From: Candidatus Bathyarchaeota archaeon
GTDB lineage: Archaea; Thermoproteota; Bathyarchaeia; 40CM-2-53-6
Reading direction: 5' to 3'
DNA: 64,000 nucleotides
NCBI GenBank assembly: GCA_963726255.1
Contig: CAVSBL010000002.1
Location: 1,824,001-1,888,000 of the forward strand
Part shown: piece after piece, positions 39,001 through 49,308 of the stretch
Layout: each line of letters starts with the position of its first letter
How positions within the stretch are numbered: the first letter of the stretch is position 1
Notes under the pieces: model-generated
What the model was told of the DNA's origin: nothing
What the model saw: the letters and a program-made list of their open reading frames with translations, nothing else
Databases searched by the model: none
Translations under genes and position numbers: made by a program

Positions 39001-40293
39001 TTGGAATACAAAAGAGTCGTAACCTCATTTCTTACCGCCGATGGGAAGATCCTTCTGCTAAGGAGAAGCGAGAAGGTTGCGACACACAGGGGTAAATGGG
39101 CGGGGGTAAGCGGCTATCTGGAAGGAAGCGAAGATCCGCTCCAACGCGCGCAAATCGAAATACAAGAGGAACTAGGCCTCTCTCTTGAGCAGGTCAGCCT
39201 AGTAAAGGCGGGGGAAATCCTTCGCGCCTATGATGAGCCGACGAAGACCGTTTGGATTGTTCACCCATTCCTGTTTGAAACACGTTCAAGAACGATTCAA
39301 CTCGATTGGGAGAGCACAGAATACCGCTGGGTTGACCCCAACGAGCTAGGCTCGTATGAAACGGTCCCGAAACTCAAAGAAACCTTCGACCGCGTCCGCT
39401 GCAACTTCGAAGCCGCCCAAGCCACGCTTGCCAAAGTTCTGAAGGGCATCGACGCACTCGCGCAAGACAGGGCCCAGGGCGCAAGTGCACTTGGCCGAAG
39501 CGCGCTTCAACTATTGTCCGCAACCACTGAGACTGCAGAGGCCGCAACCGCCGAGGTAACATTCTGCAATCTCCTGTTTACAGCATCAAAATTACGTCAA
39601 GCGCAGCCAGCTATGGCTAACGTAAGAAATCTAGTCGGCATGTTGCTATACCGAGCCGACCAAAAGAAAAACTCAGTTTCCGCCGCCGAGTACGGTAGAC
39701 TGGTCCGTTCGCTGGCTGAAGAGTTGGCGCAATACTCAAGCGACGCCGCGGAGGACGCCGCAAGGAACGCTGTTGCCCTATTGCCAGAGGACGGCTATGT
39801 GCTCACCCACAGCCACAGCAGCACCGTCCTCAGGGCGCTTGAACTAGGCATGAAGGGCAGGAGACGGTTCCAGGTCTATGCCACCGAATCATACCCGGGG
39901 ATGGAAGGAAAACAGCTTGCTAAGGCGCTGGTTGATGTGGGTGTGCCTGTGAAACTCGTCGCCGACTCAGCGGTGGATTCGGTCATGCCGGATGTGGACG
40001 TAGTGTTGGTCGGTGCGGACAGCGTTCTGGCTGATGGTTCCCTCCTTCACAAGGTTGGAACAAGAGACATTGCTACCGCAGCCCATGAACGGGGGATACT
40101 CTTCTACAGCGTGTGCGAAAGAGCGAAGTTCAGTACGGCCGATTTTCTAGGTGAACCAGTTCAAACCTCAAACGGCCTGTTCGACGTCACGCCAAGCCGA
40201 TACGTTTCGAAATACATGACGGAAACGGGCGCTGTGGAACCACAAGAAGTAGAAGGCCGAATAGGACTCATGCTCCGGGAAATCTATCCATAA
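39001..40293 (+). CDS. NUDIX hydrolase fused to an eIF-2B alpha/ribose-1,5-bisphosphate isomerase-like domain
   Basis: N-terminal VSGYLE..EIQEELG Nudix box; C-terminal LTHSHSSTV, TESYPGMEG, VGADSV, HKVGT, FDVTP. Confidence 0.85.
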   Translation: MEYKRVVTSFLTADGKILLLRRSEKVATHRGKWAGVSGYLEGSEDPLQRAQIEIQEELGLSLEQVSLVKAGEILRAYDEPTKTVWIVHPFLFETRSRTIQLDWESTEYRWVDPNELGSYETVPKLKETFDRVRCNFEAAQATLAKVLKGIDALAQDRAQGASALGRSALQLLSATTETAEAATAEVTFCNLLFTASKLRQAQPAMANVRNLVGMLLYRADQKKNSVSAAEYGRLVRSLAEELAQYSSDAAEDAARNAVALLPEDGYVLTHSHSSTVLRALELGMKGRRRFQVYATESYPGMEGKQLAKALVDVGVPVKLVADSAVDSVMPDVDVVLVGADSVLADGSLLHKVGTRDIATAAHERGILFYSVCERAKFSTADFLGEPVQTSNGLFDVTPSRYVSKYMTETGAVEPQEVEGRIGLMLREIYP

Positions 40294-40347
40294 GTTCTCT
40301 ATCCATAATAAGAAGCTGAGATTGTAACCCGCAGGTATTGATCCTCC

Positions 40348-40731
40348 TTGAGCGGCATTCCAGAAGTTGATATGAGAATCAGAAAACTAGTGCAGGCAGT
40401 CTTTCGCTCCCAAGGAATGCTACGGGAATATTTCACAGACCTTTTCCCGTATATGCGTGAAGCACTGCGACATTTCAACCTAGAGAAAGCTTGGGAAACA
40501 GTTTACGCGGATGTTGTTACGGGAGATTTCGAGCTTGACCGCCTATCACTATTCCTAAACCGGCTATACCTCGAGGATAGGCAACTTTTCGCTTCATTCC
40601 TAGGCCATGTTACAAAAGAACTCTTCGACAGGTTTCATGAACCAAAAGAAAATCTAACATGGTTCTTCGAAGAATTGAAGGAACTAGGTTTCAGCTGGGA
40701 TGGCAAGAAATTGGTCCCAGCTGAGCCTTGA
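40348..40731 (+). CDS. Hypothetical protein
   Basis: 127-aa ORF filling the gap, protein-like composition, AT-rich box upstream. Confidence 0.65.
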   Translation: MSGIPEVDMRIRKLVQAVFRSQGMLREYFTDLFPYMREALRHFNLEKAWETVYADVVTGDFELDRLSLFLNRLYLEDRQLFASFLGHVTKELFDRFHEPKENLTWFFEELKELGFSWDGKKLVPAEP

Positions 40732-40747
40732 AATCGAACCAGTTCGC

Positions 40748-42019
40748 CTACATGACCTCATGACCGATATTTGGTATCGTCATCGTTTCCTCTGGCGGCG
40801 GGGTCCCGCGAAATAGGATGTAGAATGCCACGGCGGCAGCCAAGTAAGCTGCGCCCCCGATTAGTAATGGGGCTGAGAGTGAGAGAAATGAAGCCTGGCT
40901 TAGCAAGTAGCCTGCTAGAATCGGGCTAACAGAATTTCCGATCCCCCAAATCGTGTAAGTTATCGCTGATGCGGAAGCCCGTTCGTCGGGAGTTACGGTT
41001 CCCATCAGGTACGATTGTTGCATTGGCCATGCCATGTTCATGAAAAAGTTGCGCGCGATGAAGATAGTTGCTGCGAACTGGTAGGTCGGCGCAAGAACCA
41101 TTGACGCTAACAAACCAGCCGATAATCCCTGCGTTATGAGAACACTCTTGGAGCTACCCAACCTCTTCGTCAACCTCGGAACTATTGGCACAACTATTAG
41201 TGAGGTTATTTCGGCCGCAGCGAACCATGGGCCTAAGGAAGTTTCACTGGTCCCATACACCCTGTTGAACCAGAGGGAAAGCAACTGGATGCCAATTCCG
41301 GATGCAAACCCAACTAAGCCCAGGGTCGCGGAGAACTTGGTGATTTGAAGCCTAGACTTCTTGGGAAACAAGCTCCAACGGCGCCCGCCGTCAGGAGCAA
41401 CAGGAATCACTTTCGCTTCAGAAATCGGCAGCAGGACTAAGCCCGAGAGAATCGAAAGCCCCACGAACATGAGAAACGGGTATTCGTAGGATTCTAGGAA
41501 TGTTGAATTAAGTTGTACACGGAAGAGGGCTGGGAGAACACTCGCAGCAGATCCCGCGGTCAGCGCTATAGTCCATATGCCTTGCGACCAAGCGAAAGCT
41601 CTCGTTCGTCCCTCGGCGCCTGCCTTTTCGGAGATGAGGGCTGTCCATGCAGGTGTCCAAACTGCAGTGGTGAAACCACCCGCTAAGCCAATTCCACCGA
41701 TTGCACCTGCTACGAGTAGCGAGCTCAAGTCGCGGGTAAACGCGAAGAACACGTAGGCCAAGGCCGCCGAGAAGAAACCCCAGACAACGAATGGTTTTCT
41801 ACCATAACGGTCGGCTGCAATAGCGAAAGGTATCAGAGCAACCGTGCTTGCAAAAGACGAAACCGCCGTTATTGCACCTATTACCTCGCCTGAGAAGCCT
41901 AGGTTGCTCAAATAGATCGGCAGAACGACAAGCGTGTACCCGAGGGGTAACGAGTTAAGGCCCATTGCAGTGAGCAGAAGCTTAACGTCACGTGGGCTGT
42001 GTGATTCGTGGCCGCTCAT
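40748..42019 (-). CDS. MFS transporter
   Basis: 12 TM pattern; motif A AADRYGRK; TPDERASA. Confidence 0.9.
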   Translation of the reverse strand: MSGHESHSPRDVKLLLTAMGLNSLPLGYTLVVLPIYLSNLGFSGEVIGAITAVSSFASTVALIPFAIAADRYGRKPFVVWGFFSAALAYVFFAFTRDLSSLLVAGAIGGIGLAGGFTTAVWTPAWTALISEKAGAEGRTRAFAWSQGIWTIALTAGSAASVLPALFRVQLNSTFLESYEYPFLMFVGLSILSGLVLLPISEAKVIPVAPDGGRRWSLFPKKSRLQITKFSATLGLVGFASGIGIQLLSLWFNRVYGTSETSLGPWFAAAEITSLIVVPIVPRLTKRLGSSKSVLITQGLSAGLLASMVLAPTYQFAATIFIARNFFMNMAWPMQQSYLMGTVTPDERASASAITYTIWGIGNSVSPILAGYLLSQASFLSLSAPLLIGGAAYLAAAVAFYILFRGTPPPEETMTIPNIGHEVM

Positions 42020-42125
42020 CTTGCGATGGACTCCAATCGGACCCTAGGGCCCGATAGCGAGCGGTCTAGAGGCTACGCTGCTATTCACATTACGGTTTCG
42101 CGGCTGCGAGGGAATAGTTCTTGCT

Positions 42126-42404
42126 TTACTGGCAGATCATTAGGCAGTTGCCGACGTGGTGTTCACCGCGAGGGTAACCCAGCGCAGCATACGGAGTTGG
42201 TGAGTAAGCACCACTGTAAACGTAGCCGAATGGAAGGCCGTACGATGCTGAGGAGTAGTAGCCGTAGGATGGTGACGAATAGTAGCCGTATGATGGTGCC
42301 GAATAGCCGTACATTGGGTATGCTGGGTAAGGCGCGTATCCGTAATAGTTCAACGGCGTATAGTAGCTAGACGGGTAGCCCCAACCACAACCACAATAGG
42401 ACAT
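42126..42404 (-). CDS. Small Tyr/Gly/Pro/Ser-rich repetitive protein
   Basis: ATG at 42404, AGGT RBS-like sequence; SYGYYSS(P/A) repeats with synonymous codon variation. Confidence 0.6.
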   Translation of the reverse strand: MSYCGCGWGYPSSYYTPLNYYGYAPYPAYPMYGYSAPSYGYYSSPSYGYYSSASYGLPFGYVYSGAYSPTPYAALGYPRGEHHVGNCLMICQ

Positions 42405-42887
42405 ATTTCAATACCTAGAAACCCCCCAGCCGCCAGCCGCCAAATTAAGCGTATCCGAAATTTGAGTCAGGCGTGTAAATCCCCTTGCAAAAGGCTGCTG
42501 TAATGAATCCTGCATTTGCGCCTATCACAGCAATGGGCCGCTTTCTACGGTTTCAGCCATTAGCTGGCTTTTCGCATAGGGTCAATCCGGACGAAAGGTG
42601 CTTCCTCCTCCAAGGCATTGCTCGGGCCCAATCGAATTTCTTGTTCCATAATCAATTGCCGCCCAGAATGCGCCCGATCTATAGACGTAACAGACCGGTA
42701 CGACATGCGGCATACCGTTTGGGCTCACTGTAGCGAACCTGATTATCCTCAAGCAAACGTCCCTCGGCGCTACTGAAATCCAACGCTCCTCACTATTTCA
42801 CCAAACCTTGTAGCCAACAATCCGTTCTCAATTGACGTAAGAAATCGTTTTCAACGTGATCGACATCAACTCCGCCCAGTGGATTGA

Positions 42888-44243
42888 ATGGATCAGAAGG
42901 CTGTCGCTTACGTGGTCAGCAATCGAGACAAATTGCTCGAAGATTTCCGAACATTGCTTAGGCAGCCAAGCGTTTCTGCCCAGGGGCGTGGAATCCGTGA
43001 GTGCGCCAACCTCCTAGAACGATTCATGCGAGGTTCAGGCATGGAAACTGAACTCGTGGAAGAACCCGAAGGGAACCCTGTGCTACTGGGCAACGTCACC
43101 ACAAGCAAGTCGAAGCGGACGCTGTTGTTCTACGGCCATTACGATGTGCAACCCACAGAACCCCTGGAGGAATGGAAGTCGGATCCCTTTGGGGCGGAGA
43201 TGAAGGATGGCAAAATCTTTGCGCGTGGTGCTTCCGATTCTAAGAACAACGTAATGGCGCTAGTCAAAATGGTGGAAGCATACAAGAATACAATTGGCGA
43301 GCTGCCTGTGAATTTGAAATTTTTCTTCGAAGGTGAGGAAGAAATTGGCAGCCCTCATCTTCCGCGCTTTGTGGAAGAGAATAAGTCCAAGTTGAAAGCC
43401 GACGCCGACGTCTGCTTCGATGGGGGGATAGATGAAACCGGCCGGCCTGAAGTGGTCTTGGGCGTGAAAGGCATGCTCTACGTCGAGCTACATGCAACCG
43501 GCCCGAAAGTTGACCTTCATTCCTCCCTAGCCCCGCTCGCCCCGAACCCGGCGTGGCGCATAATCTGGGCGCTTGACTCCATCAAACAATCCGATGAGAG
43601 GATCAAGATTGATGGCTGGTACGACCGCGTACACAAACCATCTTCACCCGAACTTGAACTTGTGAAGAACCTTCCCTTCGACGAGGAGAGGAATAAGTCG
43701 GAGATGGGGCTTGCCTCTTTCCTACTTGACAGAAAAGGGTTGGACGCAGTGAGGATGCTCCTCTATGAGCCCACCTGCAATGTCTGCGGCTTCATGAGCG
43801 GATATACAGCGAAAGGCTCCAAAACAGTATTGCCCAGCAAGGCCATGGCCAAACTAGACTTCAGGTTAGTCTACGACCAAAACCCTGCGGACTTGCTCGA
43901 GAAATTGAAGCTTCATCTCGTCAAACACAATTTTCGGGACGTTGAAGTTGTAAGGTCGAACAGCCTAGAGCCCTCGAAGACACCTGTCGACGCACCTATC
44001 GCACGAGCAGTCATCGCCGCGGCAAAAGAGGTGTTCAAAAATGAAGCGTCCGTCGCCCCGAACGCCGCGGGCTCTGGCCCGGATTACCTTTTCACAAAGA
44101 GGTTGGGCCTAAATTCGGTCTGGGCGGGGTGTGCCTCAGCTTTCTCTCAAGCACACGCCCCGAACGAATTCGAACTCGTAGACGATTTCTTCAAAGGAAT
44201 TGAATACGCGGGGACTATTGTGGAGAACTTCGCGCACACCTAG
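42888..44243 (+). CDS. M20 family metallo-dipeptidase/deacylase
   Basis: YGHYDVQP, RGASDSK, EGEEEIGS, AHAPNE. Confidence 0.92.
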   Translation: MDQKAVAYVVSNRDKLLEDFRTLLRQPSVSAQGRGIRECANLLERFMRGSGMETELVEEPEGNPVLLGNVTTSKSKRTLLFYGHYDVQPTEPLEEWKSDPFGAEMKDGKIFARGASDSKNNVMALVKMVEAYKNTIGELPVNLKFFFEGEEEIGSPHLPRFVEENKSKLKADADVCFDGGIDETGRPEVVLGVKGMLYVELHATGPKVDLHSSLAPLAPNPAWRIIWALDSIKQSDERIKIDGWYDRVHKPSSPELELVKNLPFDEERNKSEMGLASFLLDRKGLDAVRMLLYEPTCNVCGFMSGYTAKGSKTVLPSKAMAKLDFRLVYDQNPADLLEKLKLHLVKHNFRDVEVVRSNSLEPSKTPVDAPIARAVIAAAKEVFKNEASVAPNAAGSGPDYLFTKRLGLNSVWAGCASAFSQAHAPNEFELVDDFFKGIEYAGTIVENFAHT

Positions 44244-44329
44244 CGCCTAATCGGCCTTCGGGTCTCCCTCAACCTTTAATGAATTCCACTCATAGTCGTT
44301 GCCAGGCACGGGCCCTGGAAGACGAGTGC

Positions 44330-45004
44330 TTGACGATCAAAGGCATCGTAATGGACATGGATGGAACAATAACACAGTTCAACCTCGACTACATGGCTGC
44401 CCGACGCAAGGCACTCGAAGAAGTTGAGAAACTGAACCTACGTACACCAGAGATGACTGAACAACTCAGCCTCTATCTTATCCTCAAGAAACTCAAGGAT
44501 GAACTAGACGCTGATACGTTCACAAGCCTCCGGCGAAGATTCTACAACCTCCTTGAAGAGATGGAAGTCAACGCCGCCAACGAGGTCACCCTATACCCGG
44601 GCGCGGTTGAAACGCTCCGTAAACTTCGCGCCCGCGGGCTCAGAATAGGGTTGGTAACGAACAACGGGCGTGTTGGGACAGAGATAACTCTGAGGCGATG
44701 CGAGCTAGCAGGTTTCTTCGACGCCGTAGTAACAAGGGATGATTGCGAAGAGATGAAACCAGACCCTGCCCCGGTTCGAAAGCTCTTAGTTGAAATGGGT
44801 GTCCCACTCGAAGAGGCCATTCTTGTAGGCGATGGGGTCATGGACATCATAGCCGCGCGGGAGGCAGGGTTACCATCCGTCGCCGTTGCTACCGGCCCAT
44901 TCCCGAGCGAACGATTAATTCAAGCCGAACCAGATTACCTGCTAGGATCAGTAAACGACCTGCCACTACTCATCGAACAGTTGGACGCCAAAGGGCGACG
45001 CTGA
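44330..45004 (+). CDS. HAD family phosphatase
   Basis: DMDGT, VTNN, KPDP, VGDG..D; likely TTG start at 44330. Confidence 0.88.
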   Translation: MTIKGIVMDMDGTITQFNLDYMAARRKALEEVEKLNLRTPEMTEQLSLYLILKKLKDELDADTFTSLRRRFYNLLEEMEVNAANEVTLYPGAVETLRKLRARGLRIGLVTNNGRVGTEITLRRCELAGFFDAVVTRDDCEEMKPDPAPVRKLLVEMGVPLEEAILVGDGVMDIIAAREAGLPSVAVATGPFPSERLIQAEPDYLLGSVNDLPLLIEQLDAKGRR

Positions 45005-45151
45005 GTTGTTGAACCAGGTGGAAAATCACTCTCACCAAGCTAGCCCTAGGCGGTTTTGAAACCTATTTTCGCGTAAGGAAAACATATACTCGGCACTTAA
45101 ATGCGATTACATGGTACGTACCGCATTCAAAACTTTGAGGGAGGGATAAAA

Positions 45152-45697
45152 TTGCAAACAAAAGGAGCTCAAAGCACAATGGCCACTCTATTTCTCTACG
45201 CTGCAATCATTCAAGGTGCAATAGCAGCAGTCATCACTTTTCTAGGCGGCTTCGGCGATCAAATCGGCTTGCTGCCAGTCGCAGTTTCCAGAGTAATAGC
45301 AAGCGGGGAAGCAGGCACATGGTTCACCGTTGGATACCTCACCTACCTGATAGTAGGCGTAATCGGAATCGCGGTGACTTCACTGTTCTACTTCTTCATT
45401 GAAACTGTTCAAGGCAAGGTCTACAAGGGCATATCGAAAGCGCTAGCATGGATCCATTTTGTCCTCGGCAACATCGGCGTGGCGGGCGCAGCAATCCTAG
45501 CCATGGCGGGAGGATACCTTGGCGGCGCTGCGATGCAACCCGCAAAGTATGGGGGAATGGGATGGAACACGGGGCAAGTACACGTCGGCGTCCTACAATA
45601 CTACTCGGAGCCAATAGCGGTCTTTCTAGTTCTCGGTTTAATCGGGTTCTTCGCCGGCGGACTAGGATACTTGATGGCCTTACGCTCCAAACACTGA
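45152..45697 (+). CDS. Membrane protein resembling the C-terminal helices of heme-copper oxidase subunit I, without the heme ligands
   Basis: GTWFTVGYLTYLIVG..LFYF..LAWIHFVLGNIG parallels the COX1 TM10-12 pattern. Confidence 0.6.
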   Translation: MQTKGAQSTMATLFLYAAIIQGAIAAVITFLGGFGDQIGLLPVAVSRVIASGEAGTWFTVGYLTYLIVGVIGIAVTSLFYFFIETVQGKVYKGISKALAWIHFVLGNIGVAGAAILAMAGGYLGGAAMQPAKYGGMGWNTGQVHVGVLQYYSEPIAVFLVLGLIGFFAGGLGYLMALRSKH

Positions 45698-45757
45698 GCT
45701 AAGGAAACCTTCCCTCCTTCCCTAACCTTTTCTTTCTATGGCTCATCGTGAGCCAAA

Positions 45758-46147
45758 TCACCCAGCCCGCACGCCGTTTGGTACGGGTCGTTCTGGTACA
45801 CTAAGCACAGGTACAATTGAATCAGCATACCCAATGTCCAGGAGCATCCCTTCGGAAACTTCGCCGAACAACTTCTTGGGTTCAAGGTTGACGACGAATA
45901 ACGCCTGCTTCCCTTCAATTTCCCTCGGATTCTGACGTTCCTTTTTCATCCCCGCCAGTATGTTTCTCCTGTGGTCACCGAAATTTACGATGAGTTTCAC
46001 CAACTTGTCTGAATTCTTCACATCCTCCACACGTTCGATTGTTCCAACGCGAAAGTCAATCCTGTTCAGTAACTCGATGGGAACGGTTGGTTTGACGGGG
46101 GCAGGCTTAATCGCGGTCATAGTGAACTGGATGACTTCGACTCCCAA
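45758..46147 (-). CDS. csaA: tRNA-binding OB-fold protein (CsaA/Trbp111)
   Basis: IDFRVGTI, VVNLEPKKLFGEVSEGM, VPNG. Confidence 0.8.
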   Translation of the reverse strand: MGVEVIQFTMTAIKPAPVKPTVPIELLNRIDFRVGTIERVEDVKNSDKLVKLIVNFGDHRRNILAGMKKERQNPREIEGKQALFVVNLEPKKLFGEVSEGMLLDIGYADSIVPVLSVPERPVPNGVRAG

Positions 46148-46278
46148 CGATAAAAAGCGAACAACTCCACGAAACTGCGCTTATGGTATCACCTTGCCGA
46201 GGAGGAAGGCATGGTATGTGTTTATTCCATATACGAACGCCTTAAGTAATTACAGGCCAGCGCTGGTATGAGATTTCC

Positions 46279-47751
46279 TTGACGGCGATTCAGGAAGTAG
46301 GCCGAGTTACCTATACCCACAACTACATGCTGTCCTTGAAAGCGCTCACGTGGGCGACAACTCTAATCATCGTGATCATGGCAGGCCTATACGCCATCCT
46401 CGGCCTACCTCCAGGTTTGGATACGTACTATGCGACATTGTATTTCCATTCTATAGGGGTAGGAATCGCCGCGTTAGCCGCGTATTTGGTGATTTCGATT
46501 TTCAATCTTCAGAAATATGAACCCCCAATTGATTTTCCCATATCGTACAGGGCCTATGCCGCCGTTGTCTTTGCAGCTGTCGGCGGTATTTTCTACTTGA
46601 GCCCGTTCCTTGACGCTAGTTTTCCCGACATACCTTTGGGCTTGTATGTTGTAGCATTCATATTGATTGGTGACGTGGGTGGCGCCCTCTTCATCCAACT
46701 TGCAATCTTGCCGAGGAAGCAAGCTGGAACCTACGAGCCGAAAATGAAGGCCTTTCCGCCCCGCATGTGGCCACAATATGTCCTCAGAATGATACCGGGG
46801 AGAAAGGAATTCTCATTGTACGCGAAGGCTGGCGCGGGCTACTGGCTAGCATTGTTCTCTGTAGGCTCCGCCTTCATCGCGGGGATGATTGGGTTCGCAA
46901 ACCTTTGGATGATGATCTTTGGCGTAGGCATATTCTCCTTCCTCGTTCCGTTCTTCGGGGACGCGGGAACTTTCGTCGGCGCTTTAGCTGGCCCACACTC
47001 CCATGAGATGGGCCTTGCCATCATGGCGGGAGTTGTCGCTCTAGTAGCGCACCGATTCAAAGTTCTAGACGTGAAAGGGTCGAGGAGGAACTTGGCCAAT
47101 GTCGGATTGTGGATCAGCTCAATCGGTATAGTTGCGATTACGGTCGTTATGGTATTGGAGGCTGTCATCAATTTCGCTCCCCCGGTTCTCTTCCAAGGCG
47201 GGCCTGACGGGGTGAATGGCATGGCGGGTGATGATACGGTCATGGCGATCACTGCGCTTGGAGCCATGATCGCCCTGATTCCCCTAGCGTTGGTCAAGCT
47301 GGGTGGGAAGAGTTCTTGGAAAGACGGGGTTCGGTTAGCTCTACTTGGCACCTGGGTTGCTGCGGTCATAAACAGCGTTCTCGAAGGATTTTACATCGAG
47401 TTCCATGAGGATGTTTTCGGTTCAACGATGTCTGCGAACCACGACGTGTTCGCGAATGTTAACCCAATGTTCGGTATTTTCACACTCGCCGCCTTAGCTT
47501 TGGTCCTTCTAGCCGTTGACTACTACCAGGTCAGTGGGATGCTTAGGCGTGTTACTGGTTGGTTGGCCGGTGTTGGCCTCATTGTCGCAACCCTAGGTAC
47601 CTCTCTTTGGGCTTTTGTAGATCCTACAATCGGGGGGTTTTCTTACTGGCTTTACATTCTAGGCGTCATGATCATAGGAGTTTCAGCGCTGACAGCAGTA
47701 GGTATCATGTACAAGGCTAAGATTGCGAGAATCTCGCGTTCTGAAGTCTAG
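46279..47751 (+). CDS. Uncharacterised polytopic membrane protein with intramembrane His motifs
   Basis: About 12 TMs; YFHSIG, PHSHEMG, EFHED, ANHD. Confidence 0.75.
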   Translation: MTAIQEVGRVTYTHNYMLSLKALTWATTLIIVIMAGLYAILGLPPGLDTYYATLYFHSIGVGIAALAAYLVISIFNLQKYEPPIDFPISYRAYAAVVFAAVGGIFYLSPFLDASFPDIPLGLYVVAFILIGDVGGALFIQLAILPRKQAGTYEPKMKAFPPRMWPQYVLRMIPGRKEFSLYAKAGAGYWLALFSVGSAFIAGMIGFANLWMMIFGVGIFSFLVPFFGDAGTFVGALAGPHSHEMGLAIMAGVVALVAHRFKVLDVKGSRRNLANVGLWISSIGIVAITVVMVLEAVINFAPPVLFQGGPDGVNGMAGDDTVMAITALGAMIALIPLALVKLGGKSSWKDGVRLALLGTWVAAVINSVLEGFYIEFHEDVFGSTMSANHDVFANVNPMFGIFTLAALALVLLAVDYYQVSGMLRRVTGWLAGVGLIVATLGTSLWAFVDPTIGGFSYWLYILGVMIIGVSALTAVGIMYKAKIARISRSEV

Positions 47752-47798
47752 ACTTCTTCAGAACTCTAGCAGGCGCTCGCGGAGTAGTTCCGCGATTC

Positions 47799-48440
47799 TC
47801 ACAGGTTGAAGGCGGCTATTACGAAGGTTGCACCGTAGTAGATGAGAATCAACCCAAAGACGATGAGTACGACCTTATACCATCTTGAACCAACCACAGC
47901 CTTACCCTTCTTACCTAGATGCGCAATCATCGTGAGAAATGCGTAATCCATCCAGACATGTGAAACATACATTACGAGTACGCCGACGAGCGCTGCGAAA
48001 GCTAAAGCTTGGACTATGAGAACTGAGCCTATGGTTAGCCACCATAGAATAAAGTAGGGATTAAGCCCAGTGAGGGCTAGGCCTAAGACTAGAGAGCTCG
48101 CGGGGAGTTTTCTCGCCTTAGCGTTGGGTGGCCCAGCCGACGATGGTTTGCTCTTGAGGGTTTCATAGACCTGCAGTACGCCGAAACCAATCAAGCCCGC
48201 ACCCCCTACCACGCCAATCACTCCTTTGACCATCGGTTGGCTCGCAGCCGCGAGCAAGCCTAGGGCGAGGGCGAGAACCAATGGAAACTCCACGAGCGTA
48301 TGTCCGATAGCCGCTGAGAAACCAGCCCGAGCTCCCTCCTTAGAACCGTGCATAAGTAAACCGAAAAACAACGGGCCTGGGGCCAGCGCCCCTGAAGCTG
48401 TTACCACAATTACGGTGGCAACGAAACCGAATAAATCCAT
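47799..48440 (-). CDS. LysE family transporter
   Basis: SGALAPGPL, GHTLVE, LNPYFILWW. Confidence 0.88.
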   Translation of the reverse strand: MDLFGFVATVIVVTASGALAPGPLFFGLLMHGSKEGARAGFSAAIGHTLVEFPLVLALALGLLAAASQPMVKGVIGVVGGAGLIGFGVLQVYETLKSKPSSAGPPNAKARKLPASSLVLGLALTGLNPYFILWWLTIGSVLIVQALAFAALVGVLVMYVSHVWMDYAFLTMIAHLGKKGKAVVGSRWYKVVLIVFGLILIYYGATFVIAAFNL

Positions 48441-48528
48441 AATGAGCAGGCCTCTTTACGTTGCACAAAACGGCTCTGTCAAGTTATTTGAGTTTGATTC
48501 CAATGCATGGTTCGATGGTGAAGAGGTT

Positions 48529-49257
48529 CTACCTTACTACAGCGGCACCGATAATGTAACTCACCAGTGCGGTCACTAAACCTATGCCAAGCATTTGCAG
48601 GCCAGACTTCCACCAAACACCAACCGTCACCGAAGCCTTGTATGCGCCAACAACGAAGAGCGAAGCCCCAGCCAGCGCTATCGATCCCCACACAGCCGTC
48701 CATACTGGGAGCCCAAAGAAAGGTGCAACAGGAATCAAGGAACCTATAACGGCGGCGAACCCCACGATTACAGCTGTCTTCACAAGCCCGCTCTTTTCAA
48801 CCGGTGAAACCTTCAACTCCTCGGCAAGCATAACACCAACCCACCTCTCTTCATCTGACGTTATAGTGTGAACTATTTCGTCGAGCTGTTTTCCTGTGAA
48901 GCCTTTTGCTTCGTAGATTCTCCTAATCTCTTCCCGTTCAATGTCGGAGAACCTTCTGATGTGATCCTTCTCCCGCTCGACTTGGCTTTCGTAGAAATCC
49001 TTGTCTGCTAAGTTCGACGTGTATGCAACCGCTCCCATCGAAAGAGACTCAGCGAAAGTCGTGGCCAAGGCCGCGGCGACTATGAGCTTTGAATTACCCG
49101 AAGCAGCCGCCACCCCTAACACCACGCCTAGGACATTCACAATTCCATCCTGCCCGCCCAAAATTACGTCGCTCAGCCTCGACCCCATTCTATGCAATTT
49201 CTTGTGAGCCTCAAGGTCCTCGGAAGTAGGCTGGGGTCTCCTCTTGGCGGCTGACAT
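48529..49257 (-). CDS. VIT1/CCC1 family Fe/Mn transporter
   Basis: DVILGGQDG, AESLSMGA, EREEIRRIY. Confidence 0.9.
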   Translation of the reverse strand: MSAAKRRPQPTSEDLEAHKKLHRMGSRLSDVILGGQDGIVNVLGVVLGVAAASGNSKLIVAAALATTFAESLSMGAVAYTSNLADKDFYESQVEREKDHIRRFSDIEREEIRRIYEAKGFTGKQLDEIVHTITSDEERWVGVMLAEELKVSPVEKSGLVKTAVIVGFAAVIGSLIPVAPFFGLPVWTAVWGSIALAGASLFVVGAYKASVTVGVWWKSGLQMLGIGLVTALVSYIIGAAVVR

Positions 49258-49308
49258 TTCAAGGAACTCGGCTTTCGTGTATCTCGATTCGAGAAGGTGG
49301 CGGGTTAT

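Noticed and set aside
42405-42887. Long intergenic region or ORF 42485-42733 as an ncRNA or gene
   Set aside because: No recognisable SRP, RNase P or tRNA motifs, and the ORF has no protein-like features.
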